Notes: generated by a model from the letters alone, not told the origin. 64,000 bases of DNA from Savitreella phatthalungensis (GCA_051599415.1 AP039695.1:1-64000), one strand, 5' to 3'. Counted from the first letter of the stretch, positions 44,601-58,400 are shown. Program-made: numbers and translations.

Positions 44601-45266
44601 ATTGACTCTGCGTGGCGGTCTTCAGCGGGAAATTCGGAGGATCTCCTGACTGTCTGTAGATATGGGGATTGGAGCCCGTCACCTTCCTTTTGGTACGGGT
44701 GTCGGAACGCGACAGCGAGATAGCGATAGTTGTGCCGCACACACGCAAGGACCAATGGTAGACCTTTCACTTAGTATTCCACAGATGCTACGTTGAAGCA
44801 ATGTGATGAGCTAGCTGGATTGACAGATTTGACGTCCTGTTCTCATTATAAGTGACGTCGGGATTGGTGACGATACGAATGATCGGTCGTTGGCTCTTGC
44901 ACCGGCGATGGTGTATCCGGCTCCGTGATTGGCCACGAGTTTGCTAGAGCAGTGCTCTGTAATCCCTGGATTACTCACCCAGTCCAGGCTACCTGGAATC
45001 AAAATTATTAAATTACATGCACATATATAATTTATAAATATATGTAGCGTGCATTCTATCACCACTTTGGTATTACTCCCGGTGTCCACATATATGGCAT
45101 ACCACATCAAGGAAATTGAAGATCTTTTGTTGCTTGTATTCCAGATTTCGAGTCAAACGTCGTGAAGACTTGATTAGCCACTCAAAGTGATGTGGTACTA
45201 GGCACAGTACGATGCCCGGCAAATGCCACAAGAATCATTGCACTCAGCTTCGTTGCCCTATTAGAT

Positions 45267-46604
45267 TCAATCAATCTCAATGACTTCTGGCACACACGCT
45301 TGGCCCGGTGCTAGATCGTCACTTGTGCGCACTGTGCGCAATGTCCTGGTTTGCTTGTCCAACAGCGACGACTGGGAGGCTCTGGTCATCTGAGTTGCTA
45401 GATTCCGCCCCTGCGAAGACGTTCTCGAATAGCTTGCAAATGCTACCGCATGGTGCATAACAGCCAGATTTGGCCTAGTTTTCCGCATACGGCGAGCTGC
45501 ATCGGTATTTTCGCGTTTCTTTGTTCGCGAATGCCTACTGACGTTGTGGTCAAAGTTTATGTACGCCGTGGCCCGTTCGCCCCAATGCTTGTCGAGGCAT
45601 TTCCGGACGCTGCGATCGCTTCGCTTGAGCAGTCGCGCCAGCTTTTGCTGGGGCAATCTGCTTGCAATGGCATTGAACAGAACGATCGAGCAGTAAGCAT
45701 CCTTAGCCGCATAGAGCAGATCTTCATGACTGAGACCTGCGTGACTCCAACGTGGTCGCTTACCGTGTGAACTTGTTATCGTGGCCATCTCAAAGTCATG
45801 GAACCGGCCGAGGCTGGAAAATCTGTCTTTTGTGAAACTCTGTATGGCTGGACCCCGTGTACCCTGCTTCCTGGGCGATATTTCATGGCTCGCTATGTTG
45901 ATGGCCGAGGCTCTGCTCAGACCTTGGGCGCGAGGTAGGAGAAGTGTAAATTGAGCTTTGTACAGCTGAGCATAGAGCGCCTTCAGCCCGAGAAAACCCC
46001 TTACTCGGGAACTGGTCGAGCGACGATGATTATCGCTTGATCCAGGCCCGATACTAGCCGATGGCGCTGCTAAATGTCGTGAGTTCCTGAGATCTGCCTC
46101 GTTGAGCGACGCTGTATCCATCTTTTGTAAGTCGACAACACGTACGCACTCGAGTCCGTGCAGCTGCCAGATTGCCAAGGCATCTCCGATGGCTCCCATG
46201 CCAACCTTCAGATAATTCTTCGAGCTCAATACTTTCGATAACGAGCTGAGGACTCGGTTATAAGATGTCGGGTCTCTGCTTTCACTCGCATCATCGCCCT
46301 CTATCCTTCGGCCGTCAAGAAAGAATACGAGGATTGACGAAGTTTCCTGACAGCAAAGCTGTATCAGTCGGCCCGCCCCCTCCGTGTCGAAGCCCAGAGT
46401 ACACACGGCAGGAAGGCTTTCGATCCATTGCGCTAGCGCATCAGCATCTGTGGCGAAAAGCAGTTTCAGTGTTTCATGACTGGCGATTGTGTCAGAACAG
46501 TCTGCTTGCTCAACATCCAAGTCAAAGTCGAAGGCGATTTGTAAAGGGTTGCTGAAGTGATCTCGCGTCATTGAAAGAGTCTCATCGCACGCTGAGCCTT
46601 GCAT
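45267..46604 (-). CDS. DEDDy 3'-5' exonuclease (WRN-exo/EXD-like), stand-alone
   Basis: ExoI GFDTEG, LIQL, ExoII KVG..GD, GLKAL and ExoIII W..L..YAAKDAY. Confidence 0.78.
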   Translation of the reverse strand: MQGSACDETLSMTRDHFSNPLQIAFDFDLDVEQADCSDTIASHETLKLLFATDADALAQWIESLPAVCTLGFDTEGAGRLIQLCCQETSSILVFFLDGRRIEGDDASESRDPTSYNRVLSSLSKVLSSKNYLKVGMGAIGDALAIWQLHGLECVRVVDLQKMDTASLNEADLRNSRHLAAPSASIGPGSSDNHRRSTSSRVRGFLGLKALYAQLYKAQFTLLLPRAQGLSRASAINIASHEISPRKQGTRGPAIQSFTKDRFSSLGRFHDFEMATITSSHGKRPRWSHAGLSHEDLLYAAKDAYCSIVLFNAIASRLPQQKLARLLKRSDRSVRKCLDKHWGERATAYINFDHNVSRHSRTKKRENTDAARRMRKTRPNLAVMHHAVAFASYSRTSSQGRNLATQMTRASQSSLLDKQTRTLRTVRTSDDLAPGQACVPEVIEID

Positions 46605-47231
46605 GAGAAGCGATCTCCTTCGACCGCATCATCTAATAGCCGGTAGAGCAGTCGACAGCGCGCTTTGGCCTTCTATTGTTCGCAACAAGCTTCTGAGGCT
46701 TGCATGGGACCTAACTCACACTCAGCTTATGTTAGCATCCCAAGTCATATTGTATGGTTCCTTCGTATGCATAGCGCATGCGTACGACGTATATGTGCGT
46801 ATCTGCCTACGTACGTTCCTAGCTGCAGAAAGGCATTTCGCACTCCACACAGTTGAACTGATCATTCCAACATTTCGATATTGCACAACAGCTATCTGGC
46901 TAGGAGAACCAAATCGACTTTGATATACCGTGGCAAACAGCTGAGCTGATGCTATGCACGTGCGGAGGAGGCTGTCGTGCCAGATAGAAGAGCTACATCT
47001 CGTCCCAATGACTCAAGCAGAAGGCAAAGTTATTGCTTAGCCTTGAAAAGCATGTGTTGAACACTACTTCCACGGCACGAGCCGTGGGAGAGAGTCTTGC
47101 TAGCGAATCATCAGAGACATCAACCCGGATTTTCGTACGAGCACAACTCGTGCACGACTTGTCTAGCCTCAGTCAATCGCGAGGAATTGATCTATAAATC
47201 CTCTAGATACACATTCTACGGCAAAAGCATG

Positions 47232-48824
47232 TTATGACTTCTGCTGATGCAACTGTTCTATGTATGCCATGACCTTGGCCCTTCCTTCTCCTTTGCCGCG
47301 CACCAACTCGACTCGTTTCTCAAGCTCGCCGAGTCCTTTGAACTCTTCCGGCAAGACATCACGAACGAAGTCGTAGTCTCCTGTTCCAGAGAGAGCCATA
47401 TCGACCGCGTTCGCGAACTTTGCCGGATGTGCTGTCGCAAGCGTCACTGTCATCACGTCGGCAATTTTCGGCAGTCGAAGAGATGCTGCAATACCAACGG
47501 CCGTGTGTGGGTCGACGATTTCGTGCGACGCTGTTTCTGTATGTACATGCCTGATTATTTCAACAGTCTCACTGTCGCTGACGCGCGCAGAAATGAATAG
47601 CGCATTCGCAGCGTGCAGAGATGCAGAGGATACTGTCAGACTGCCTTTCGTTTTTAAGTCGTCCATCCAATCAGCCAGAATAGTCGATGCCTGCTCGGGT
47701 TTCTTCTCGGTAGCTTCATTCTCCAACGCCAAGTACCACAACAATCTCTCAAAATTCGATGACACAAGAATATCCATGGCTGGAGACAGCGTTTCTCGTG
47801 CACCATCCTCGTGAGCCTTGCTACCATCAGCAGGTATACCACCTTGCGCAGCCACTTGCGGTGGAGCAGGCTGCTTCGAGTACGTGCCTGTGCGGAAGAA
47901 TCGGTCGAGGATGTCGTTCTCGTTTGTGGCGACGCACAGACGCTGGATGGGCAGGCCCATGCGAGCGGCATAGTAGCCAGCGAGGATATCGCCGAAGTTG
48001 CCAGTCGGTACAGAATACCGTACTTTCAGCTGGCTCGGCGACACCTTCGATTGTCGCGCCAGAGAAAAGAAGGAGTGAAAATAATAGGTCACTTGAGCGA
48101 GGATTCGTGCCCAATTGATAGAATTGACCGCGCCCAGTTGGAATGTATTCGAAAATTCCTCGTCGTTGAACAGCGATTTGACGATGTCCTGGCAATCGTC
48201 GAAAGTGCCCTCGACTGACACGCAGTGAACATTTGCGTCAGCCACTGTTGTCATCTGAGCCTCCTGGATTGGAGATACCCGGCCGGTGGGAAACAAGATG
48301 AAGACGTCGATATCGCGCTTTCCGCGCAAACCATAGATGGCAGCACTGCCAGTGTCGCCCGACGTGGCTCCGACGACTGTGAGATGGTTGCGTTTGCCGT
48401 CCGCGGGCAAGGTGGCATTCTTCCGCACGAGAAAGTACTCAAAAAGATTTCCAAGAAACTGTAGCGCGACGTCCTTGAAGGCAAACGTAGGTCCATGGAA
48501 TAGCTCGAGCAGGTACTGAGACTCATCATTGCGCAAATGGAGCGACTTGACAGGTGTACGCTCATTGTGTCGGAAAGAAGAATACGAGCGAGTAATCAGA
48601 TCACGAAGATCCTCCTCTGGGATCTCTTGCCGTGGTATGTAGAGAGACATAATGTTAAAGGCAAGCTCCTCGAAAGAAAGCTCTGCCCATGCATCCAGGA
48701 AGCCATCTGGAACCGTAGGAATACTCGCCGGGATGTAGAGGCCCCCATCCGAAGCGAGTCCCTTGAGAACAACTTGCTCGAAGGACAGACCAGTGTCCTT
48801 CCCCCTGGTGCTCAAATATTCCAT
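47232..48824 (-). CDS. THR4: Threonine synthase
   Basis: YLSTRG, GLASDGGL, LELFHGPTFAFKDVAL (PLP Lys), ATSGDTG, NSINWAR, VPTGNFG and TAHPAKF. Confidence 0.97.
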   Translation of the reverse strand: MEYLSTRGKDTGLSFEQVVLKGLASDGGLYIPASIPTVPDGFLDAWAELSFEELAFNIMSLYIPRQEIPEEDLRDLITRSYSSFRHNERTPVKSLHLRNDESQYLLELFHGPTFAFKDVALQFLGNLFEYFLVRKNATLPADGKRNHLTVVGATSGDTGSAAIYGLRGKRDIDVFILFPTGRVSPIQEAQMTTVADANVHCVSVEGTFDDCQDIVKSLFNDEEFSNTFQLGAVNSINWARILAQVTYYFHSFFSLARQSKVSPSQLKVRYSVPTGNFGDILAGYYAARMGLPIQRLCVATNENDILDRFFRTGTYSKQPAPPQVAAQGGIPADGSKAHEDGARETLSPAMDILVSSNFERLLWYLALENEATEKKPEQASTILADWMDDLKTKGSLTVSSASLHAANALFISARVSDSETVEIIRHVHTETASHEIVDPHTAVGIAASLRLPKIADVMTVTLATAHPAKFANAVDMALSGTGDYDFVRDVLPEEFKGLGELEKRVELVRGKGEGRAKVMAYIEQLHQQKS

Positions 48825-50235
48825 GACGTCCAGCAAAACTTATGCTTAGAAATTCAGCTATCGCTATCTGGCAAAAGTGTTCAGACGCACACGATCGACC
48901 GTTACCAGGCGGTCGTATACAGTGGTGTGCGATTGTCTACCGGCTTGCTCTCGTGCAAACTTCAGTGTGTCCTGCGCAGATCATGACTGAAAATCAGTGT
49001 TCTGCATTCGTCTCTTACTGGTTGCCGCTCTTAGGTCTGGTCGCTCGAAATCGTGACACATTGGAAACCATAGCTACCCAGGGCTAAAGCGCTGCATCGA
49101 AATATCAGGCCGGATATGAAATCTCAACGCCGAACAATAGACCCATATGCGTATTCGACATGTAAAATTAGTTTTAAGTTGACAGTACGTAGGATATAGG
49201 AATTATAGTGCATACGAACGAAAACACAAATTGCTCACCTGGGCGTACAGTAATTACAGCTAGCCAGACGTCGATTGTGCGCTGAACGCAATTTGGTGCA
49301 GATCTGTCGTCAACGTTACATGTATAGCATAATTTTGACTGTATAATTTCGATACACTAGCTGTCCATACGTAAATTACCTTAATTTCTACAGATTACCA
49401 GCTGGAGGCAATACAGACTCGTCCGCGCGCACGAAAGGCACCAGCAACTCCGCTGACTTGGGTTGCACTTTGGGTAACAGACATGTCGCTTCCAGAAGAG
49501 AGCACTGACGACTCCGAGCCGCCTGAGTCACCGAACAAGGTTCGCAGCAGCCCGATCGAGAAGATATTCGGTGGCACTGGCGGCCGGCCGATAGCACACA
49601 ATCATGCTATAACGAGACCACTGTTCGAGTGCTCCATTTCAGCCCTACGGCTCGGCTCCTTCGGCAGTTAAGACATTCGTAGACACGCTTGAATGAAGAG
49701 TAACGGCGAGGTGGGGAAACGACAGACATGCTCAATGGTGGACAAACTCGTGATGGTCATATGGTAATTTGCGGATGAAGCACAGCGACGTCGCTAGGTG
49801 AACGGGCGCTTGGGCACAGAGCTATTCGCTCTTTGACAAGTGATCTTTCATCAGACTCTTGCAGCTCATGATTCCAAATCCTGTAAATGCTGAACCGTTC
49901 GCAATGAGTCATGTCTTGCGCTTCTCCTGCTCCCGTCATTCCAGCTGTCGCATCTTTCGAAGGCCTTGTCAGCAGTTCGATCGACAATGAAGTACTCGCC
50001 AACTGAAGCGAAAAGCAACCGAAAACTCTCATGTCTAGGTGAAAGACTTCCACTGTTGGAATTGTTCTCTGTAGACGCCGCTCGCAGCTTCTCTGGAAAC
50101 TCTGATAATCTGCCAATACGGTGAAGCGTAGAATGGCGACCTAATACACTGCATCGTCAAGGAGAATCTTGCTTCCGGTCAATGTCTTCCGCTATACATC
50201 CGAACCAATGCGTCGCGGCGCGCAAACAGAAACAC

Positions 50236-51480
50236 TCAGAGCATTCGGACCTTGCGGTTCGCCCTGGTCGATGAGCCGATAATGGGCAACTGAAGGGAGG
50301 AGACAACGCCGCTGAGACTCTCGCTCAGCTTCGTGCGAGCAGCTATCATTGCCAGCAATAAATAGCCGATAGCAATGGCGATGTATGCGCTAAACAGCCA
50401 CCAAACTGTGTTGTGAACAAAAGGAACAGCAGTGTACTCAAACCGCCAGTCTCCTGTCGTAGGGTCTATATCTCCTGTGAGCAAGCCGGCGTTGCCGCCG
50501 TACTGACCCATGACAGACCGAACGGTCGCTTCTTCCACGAATCCACGGTTCTCCGCGAGGGCCCGTCGTTTGTCCGCAGGGAGAAACGCCCCTGCTTGCC
50601 AGAAACCCTTGGTCCCGACCGGTGGATAATGTAAGACGTGGCAACCCTCGTGGTCATGCCCCGAGAGCACTATTCCGCCGCCGGAGCTGAAAACTTGAGA
50701 AAGAACGGCCTTGGTTGATTCAGGCGACAGGTGATTTTGTTCTCGCAACAGAATAGCTGGCGACTCGTAGTAACTCATATAGGGTCCGTCTACGCAGATA
50801 CCAGGTTCCTTGTGCATCGGAATATGAGTCAGGAGGATTGTTGAGTAAGACGGGTCGCTTTCGATGCTTTGAAGCCAGGCGTGGGTGGATCCACGCAAAC
50901 CCTCATCCTGCGCTGGCCCATCCATGAACAAATTGTTGAGCAGGACCACGCGGAGCTTTTTCGCAATCTTTGCGTCACGTCTAGGCAACTCTAGCGTTGC
51001 GACCAGGTTTAAAGGACCAAAGACGTCCTGCCAACGATTCACACGATGTCTCGTGATGTCCCCGGCGTAACCTATGTCGTGATTACCGGAAACGTTGAAG
51101 ACGACATCATCAGGCTTCCAGCGTAGGAATCGGGACTGCATGCGGTTGGCGCGCTTGCGAAACTCCGCGTCATCGATCCACTGAGAAGACATGTGGTCTC
51201 CTAGAACGACAGTTTGCGTGGGTCTGACGAAGAATCGCATAGTGCGGTGGATGTGTCCCAGATAATGGTCGTTGCCCCACAGGTCCAGCGCTCCACGCCA
51301 TCCCTGCAAAGCAAGCTTGCTATCGCCTTCGATGTGTGGATCTGCTAGAATGAGCATCCGAAGTGGGGGTCTTCCTATCGGGGACAGATATGAGGTGCCA
51401 CGTAGCAATGGATATGTATGAAGCAGGAGGAACGCCAACCACGCGCTAAGCGCTATCAACTTGCTGAAATTGTCGAGCAT
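50236..51480 (-). CDS. TED1: ER metallophosphoesterase Ted1-like (GPI remodelling)
   Basis: N- and C-terminal TM segments, with ADPHIEG, LGD..SSQWI, GNHDIGY, LTHIP and SGHDHEGC. Confidence 0.85.
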   Translation of the reverse strand: MLDNFSKLIALSAWLAFLLLHTYPLLRGTSYLSPIGRPPLRMLILADPHIEGDSKLALQGWRGALDLWGNDHYLGHIHRTMRFFVRPTQTVVLGDHMSSQWIDDAEFRKRANRMQSRFLRWKPDDVVFNVSGNHDIGYAGDITRHRVNRWQDVFGPLNLVATLELPRRDAKIAKKLRVVLLNNLFMDGPAQDEGLRGSTHAWLQSIESDPSYSTILLTHIPMHKEPGICVDGPYMSYYESPAILLREQNHLSPESTKAVLSQVFSSGGGIVLSGHDHEGCHVLHYPPVGTKGFWQAGAFLPADKRRALAENRGFVEEATVRSVMGQYGGNAGLLTGDIDPTTGDWRFEYTAVPFVHNTVWWLFSAYIAIAIGYLLLAMIAARTKLSESLSGVVSSLQLPIIGSSTRANRKVRML

Positions 51481-52411
51481 ACTGGACACAAGCGGTATCG
51501 AGTAGTTGGATTGCTTGACTTTGACTCTTCGAGTTGAGATGGGTCACGGACGCCAAATAGCTCTTCAATCGACAGCGAGCAAGAGAGGCTGTTCCGACAA
51601 TTCCGGTGGCTCCGTCCGAGCTGCCTACGTCGCCGGCGATCGAGGTGTCGTGAAGGAGGTGAGCAGATACGCGAGTGTGTGCCTGCTCTTGTACACGTAG
51701 TGGCACATGTATATGAATGAGTTCGCCCGGGCGCGCAAGCATCCACCATGCAGTCACATGTCACCAACACCACACCACAGCACGACGCGAACGGGTAGGC
51801 GATTATCTCAGATTGAAAATATAAAATTGTGCATAAATTGGATTCCTATAGCTTCCACGAGCCTTGACTCTTGCAACCAACCGGCCATATGGGATATCGA
51901 AGGATCAACCAACTGTGAAAATTCAATGATGCAGGAGCATCTAAGCTTGAACCTGTTACATGTACAGTTTTCTCCATCGGTCAATACCAATCAAGTATGT
52001 ACGTACGTACCTCTCTACACAGACTCTATCATCTAGCTGCGATGTATCGCGATCATATTCAGGCCCACCATGAAATCTAGATGTCACCCCGTAGTCACAA
52101 AATATACCGCGTGAAGAGCGCACGAGTTGACATCCACAAGCTGTAGTTCACAGGTGATCGCTTCCTGCGACGCTTACGTTGAGAACATAAGGACTTGAAA
52201 GCACAAATCGCTCCACACGAGAAAGGGGCAAGGAGATTCCAGCATTTACGATATCTACAAGAAGTGCAAGGCAGAGAATGAGACTAGTGCGCGTTAGCAA
52301 ACACTCTTCCTGAAGGCGTTCTAGAGGAGTCGGCGTGAAGTCGAGCGCATGGTCCGCTAGCTCACACAAGCAGCCCGATCTCACCATTGACTCCGAGCGC
52401 TTTCGCGAAAT

Positions 52412-55400
52412 ATGACGATATCAGCAGAGAAAATCACTGACACCGAAGCAGAGCAGTCTGCTCCGGCTTCAAAGGATGCTCATGCTGGACTTGCTTCTCG
52501 GCGACGTGCGCCGCCCGTCCCACCACCCGCGCCACCGCAGGGCAGCAAACGAATGCCAAATACACTTGGGAGAAACGTCCCACCGCCGCCTCGACCAGTT
52601 GCTTCAAGTGCGGGACATCGAGACCATTCAGCAGCGCCGAGTCTCAGGCTGAAAATGGACGAAAAGCAACGCTGCTGGGCAAAGCTCCGGAAAGACAGAT
52701 TTATGCTCGAGCGCAGAACGGGCTTCATCGAGACGCAAAAATCCGATATGCCGCCGGAGCATCTGCGGCAAATCATGCGCATGCACGGCGACATGAGTAG
52801 CCGGAGATTTAGTCGAGAAAAACGCTCCTACTTGGGCGCCCTGAAGTACATGCCACACGCGGTACTGAAGTTGCTCGAGAACATGCCCATGCCGTGGGAA
52901 GACGTGCGCGAGGTGCCAGTCCTGTACCACATTACAGGTGCTATCACGTTCGTCAACGAGACACCTCGCGTGATAGAGCCAGTTTATATTGCCCAATGGA
53001 GCACCGTCTGGACCACGATGCGTCGAGAAAAGCGTGATCGACGGCATATGCGCAGATTGCGACTTCCACCGTTCGATGACGAAGAACCGCCGCTGCTCGA
53101 ACAAGTCTCGGAAATGGCCGATCTTGAGCCACCTGAACCAGTACAGATGGATCTTGATGAGCACGAAGATTCTGAAATTCTCGACTGGTTTTACGACCCG
53201 AGACCCTTAAGCGATTCAGCGCAGGTCAACGGCCCAAGCTACAGGAAATGGAACCTGACTCTGCCGCAAATGGCTACGCTTTACCGTTTCTCGCGTCACT
53301 TGCAGTCCGGTCCCGTGGATCGCAATCAACAATACCTCTTCGACAAAGAAAGTTTTCAAACTGCAAAAGCTCTGAATGTGGCCATACCGGGAGGACCACG
53401 TTTCGAGCCACTTTATAAAGATGTGGCCGAGATGAAAGATGAAGACTGGAATGAATTCAATGACATTCACAAGATTATCTTTCGTCAGCCCGTGCGAACA
53501 GAGTATCGCATCGCTTTTCCGCACTTTTACAATTCACTCCCTCGATCGGTTACGACTGCCAGATACCACGAGCCGCCCAGTATGTATATGTTGGCTGAGG
53601 ATCCCGATTTGCCCGCATTCTTTTTCGATCCAGCCTACAGTCCGATGAGGAAGATCGCACCTGCGAACGAGATGGTTCTCGAGAAATCCGAGCTGCAGCA
53701 TCAGGTCGAGGACGTGCTGTGTGATATGTTTGAGCTGCCTCTTGGGACTCAGCCGTTGCTATGCACCAAGCCACTCGAACCAGAATCGACGAACGATGCA
53801 CTCATGCTTTGGTTCGCGCCGCATCCTTTCAACAAACGAAGTGGATCAACGGTTCGCGCGCAAGATGTACCTCTAATCAAGCACTGGTACCTTGAGCATT
53901 GTCCTCCAGGGCAACCCGTCAAGGTGCGGGTTTCATATCAGAAACTCTTGAAGAGTTACGTTCTCAATTCGATTCACCACAAGCAGCCAAAGCCGCACGG
54001 CAACAAGTCGCTCTACAAACAACTCAAGGGGACGAAATATTTCCAGAGCACGACCATCGATTGGGTCGAGGCGGGCTTACAGCTCGTTCGTCAAGGTCAC
54101 AATATGCTTAATCTGCTCATACATCGCAAAGGGCTGACCTATCTGCATCTCGACTACAATTTTAACCTGAAGCCAATTAAGACTTTGACGACGAAGGAGC
54201 GCAAGAAGTCTCGCTTCGGCAACGCATTCCACCTGATTCGAGAAATTCTACGGCTCACCAAGCTTCTTGTCGATGCTCAAGTGCAGTACAGACTAGGAAA
54301 CATCGATGCATTCCAGCTCGCCGACGGGATACACTACATTTTCAACCATGTCGGACAGCTGACTGGCATGTATCGCTACAAATACAGGCTCATGCGACAG
54401 ATTCGAGCCTGCAAAGACTTGAAGCATCTCATCTATTACAGGTTCAATACTGGGCCAGTAGGCAAAGGGCCCGGCGTGGGGTTCTGGGCGCCAGCTTGGC
54501 GTGTATGGATATTTTTCCTCCGGGGTATCGTCCCACTATTGGAACGCTGGCTTGGTAATTTGCTCGCCAGACAATTTGAAGGGCGCCATGCTTCCGGCAT
54601 TGCCAGAACCATCACAAAGCAGCGTGTCGAGTCGAATTACGATCTGGAGCTGCGTGCTTCGATCATGAACGACATTCTCGATATGATGCCTGATGGAATA
54701 CGGCAGAGCAAAACAAAGCTTGTCTTGCAGCACCTCTCCGAGGCTTGGCGATGCTGGAAAGCCAACATTCCTTGGTCCGTGCCTGGCTTACCTGCACAGA
54801 TCGAATCCGTCATCCTGCGATACATCAAGGCGAAGTCGGATCATTGGGTGTCTGTGGCACATTACAATCGTGAACGCATACGGCGCGGGGCGACTGTCGA
54901 CAAAACAGTGGCAAAGAAAAATCTTGGCCGACTGACACGCCTATACCTCAAGGCTGAGCACGAACGCCAGCGCAGCTACCTCAGGGATGGTCCCTATGTG
55001 ACTACCGAGGAGGCTGTAGCAATGTACACCAGTACCGTACATTGGCTAGAAAGCCGGAAATTCCAGCCGATTCCCTTTCCGCCGCTGAACTATAAGCACG
55101 ACACGAAACTTCTGATACTTGCGCTCGAGCGACTGAAAGAGGCGTACAGCGTCCAGGGTCGACTCAACCAAAGTCAGCGTGAGGAATTGGCTCTCATCGA
55201 ACAGGCATATGACAATCCTCATGAGACTCTCAGCCGTATCAAAAGACTGCTGCTCACACAACGCTCTTTCAAGGAAGCTGGGGTTGAGTTTTTCGACAAC
55301 TACAGCCACCTTACGCCGGTTTTCACTATCGAGCCGATTGAGAAAATCACGGATGCCTATTTGGACCAGTATCTATGGTACGAAGCCGAGAAGCGCAATC

Positions 55401-58400
55401 TTTTCCCGCCATGGATTAAGCCCAGCGATTCCGAGCCACCGCCGTTATTGCTATACAAATGGTGTCAAGCGCTGAATAACATGCAAGAAGTCTGGAACAC
55501 GGCAGACGGTAGCTCCGTGGTCATGATGGAAACGACCTTCGAGAAGATGTATGAAAAAGTCGATCTTACTCTGTTGAGCCGCTTGACATCGCTCATCATG
55601 GACTCCAATCTCAGTTCATACATCACTGCGAAGAACAACGTCAACTTGAATTACAAGGACATGAACCATGTCAATTCATACGGCATGCTCAGAGGCTTAC
55701 AATTCGGTTCTTTCATCGGACAATTCTATGGCATGGTCCTAGATCTGCTTATGCTGGGCCTTCAGCGTGCCACTGAGATGGCTGGACCAGTCCACCAGCC
55801 CAATGATTTCCTCCAGTTCAAAGATGCAGAAACGGAAGTGCGACATCCAATACGGCTGTACGCGCGCTACCTCGATCGCGTATACATTGCGTTCCGCTTC
55901 GATACAGAAACCTCTCGTGACCTCATTCAACGCTACTTGACCGCTAATCCGGATCCAAACTTTGAGAGCATCGTCGGTTATCCGAACAAGACCTGTTGGC
56001 CGAGAGACTGCCGTATGCGGCTCATGAAACGTGATGTACATCTTGGTCGCGCAGTTTTTGCAGAGATGAAGTCGCGCTTGCCACGCTCGGTAGCGACGCT
56101 TCAGTGGCATGATTCGTTCTTGAGCGTCTACTCCCGCGACAATCCGAATCTTCTGTTTTCTATGGCAGGCTTCGAGATTCGAATTGTGCCTAAATCTCGG
56201 GCAATTGAAGAGGAGTTCTCCTTGAAGGATGGAGTTTGGCATCTAGTCAACGATGATTCCAAAGAACGTACTGCACTGGCTTTTCTGCGCGTCAGCCAGA
56301 CTGCCCAACAGTCTTTCAACAACCGCATCCGCCAAATTCTGATGTCCTCAGGATCGACGACGTTTACCAAGATTGCCAACAAGTGGAACACCGCACTGAT
56401 TGCGCTGCTTACATACTATCGCGAGGCTGTGATCACGACACCAGAGCTTCTTGATCTCCTAGTCAAATGTGAGACAAAGGTCCAGACACGCGTCAAGATC
56501 GGCTTGAACTCGAAAATGCCAACAAGATTTCCACCTTGCGTCTTCTACTCGCCAAAGGAATTGGGAGGCTTAGGCATGTTATCTATGGGCCACATCCTTA
56601 TACCACAGTCTGACCTGCGTTGGTCGTCGCAAACGGATAGTGGCGGCGTCACGCACTTCCGCAGTGGAATGTCGCACGACGTAGAACAACACATCCCTGC
56701 ACTGTATCGTTACATCAGCACATGGGAATCGGAATTCCAGGACAGCCAGCGCGTTTGGGCGGAATATGCTCAAAAACGGTCCGACGCTCAAGCGCAAAAT
56801 CGACGCCTGACTCTCGATGACCTGGAGGATTCTTGGGACCGGGGTCTGCCGCGAATCAACACACTTTTTCAGAAGGATCGCCACACTCTCGCCTATGACA
56901 AGGGATGGCGCGTCCGATCAGAATTCAAGCAGTACCAGGTGGCGAAAAACAATCCATTTTGGTGGACGTCGGCTAGACACGATGGCAAGCTATGGAATCT
57001 CAACGCGTATCGCACAGACATGATACAAGCACTTGGTGGTGTCGAAGGAATTCTCGAGCACACAATGTTCAAGGCTACCTTCTTCCCTTCATGGGAGGGA
57101 CTATTCTGGGAGAAGAACAGTGGTTTCGAGGATTCGATGAAGTACAAAAAACTTACGAACGCTCAACGTTCGGGTCTCAATCAGATACCTAATCGTCGTT
57201 TCACGTTATGGTGGTCGCCCACTATCAACAGGGCCAACGTCTATGTCGGCTTTCAAGTTCAGCTTGATCTCACCGGGATCATGATGCATGGTAAGATTCC
57301 GACGCTGAAAATCTCGCTTATTCAAATATTCCGGTCGCATCTTTGGCAGAAGATCCACGAGTCCGTGATCATTGATCTGTGTCAGGTCTTTGATCAGGAA
57401 CTCGAGGCATTACAGATCGAGCAGGTCCAGAAAGAAGCTATTCATCCGAGAAAGTCATACAAGATGAACAGCTCTTGTGCAGACATCACCCTCTTTGCAT
57501 CCCATCGATGGTACGTCACTCGCCCGTCCCTTATCACGGAAGGCAAGGACGAACTTCAGGACGGGTCTGTCACAAACAAATTCTGGATCGATGTGCAGCT
57601 GCGTTTTGGTGACTATGACAGCCACGATATCGAGCGGTACACACGTGCTAAGTACCTTGATTACACGACCGACGCTCAGTCGATATACCCTTCGCCAAAT
57701 GGGCTCATGGTTGGAATTGACTTGGCGTACAATCTTTGGTCTGCTTTTGGTCAATTTTTCCCAGGTCTTCGACCCCTCGTACAGCAGGCCATGACGAAGA
57801 TCATGAAGGCAAATCCAGCGCTTTACGTATTGCGCGAACGCGTTCGAAAAGGCTTGCAGCTCTACTCAAGCGAGCCACAAGAGACCTATCTGAACTCTCA
57901 GAACTACGCGGACTTGTTCTCAAATCAGACGATGTGGTTCATCGACGATACGAATGTCTACCGAGTGACTATTCACAAAACGTTCGAGGGTAATCTTACT
58001 ACACGGCCGATCAATGGTGCCATATTCATCATGAACCCGCAGACTGGGCAGCTCTACCTGAAAGTCATTCACACCAGTGTTTGGGCCGGTCAAAAACGTC
58101 TCGGACAACTGGCGAAATGGAAAACAGCTGAGGAAGTGGCGGCACTGGTCCGATCGATGCCCGTTGAAGAACAGCCCAAACAATTGATTGTGACGCGCAA
58201 GGGCATGTTGGATCCGCTCGAAGTACATTTGTTGGATTTCCCCAACGTAACAATAAAGGGCTCCGACCTTCAACTCCCGTTTCAGGCAGCACTGAAGATT
58301 GAGAAGTTTGGAGATATGATCTTGAAAGCGACCGAGCCGCAGATGGTTGTTTACAACCTATACGACGACTGGCTGAAGTCACATTCGCCGTATACGGCGT

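Noticed and set aside
44625..44640. GGGAAATTCGG resembling RNase P RNA CR-I
   Set aside because: It lies just upstream of the Osh start codon, and no matching CR-V/P4 partner was found.
49388..50160. Short ORFs between THR4 and TED1
   Set aside because: No recognisable domain and no consistent splice model.
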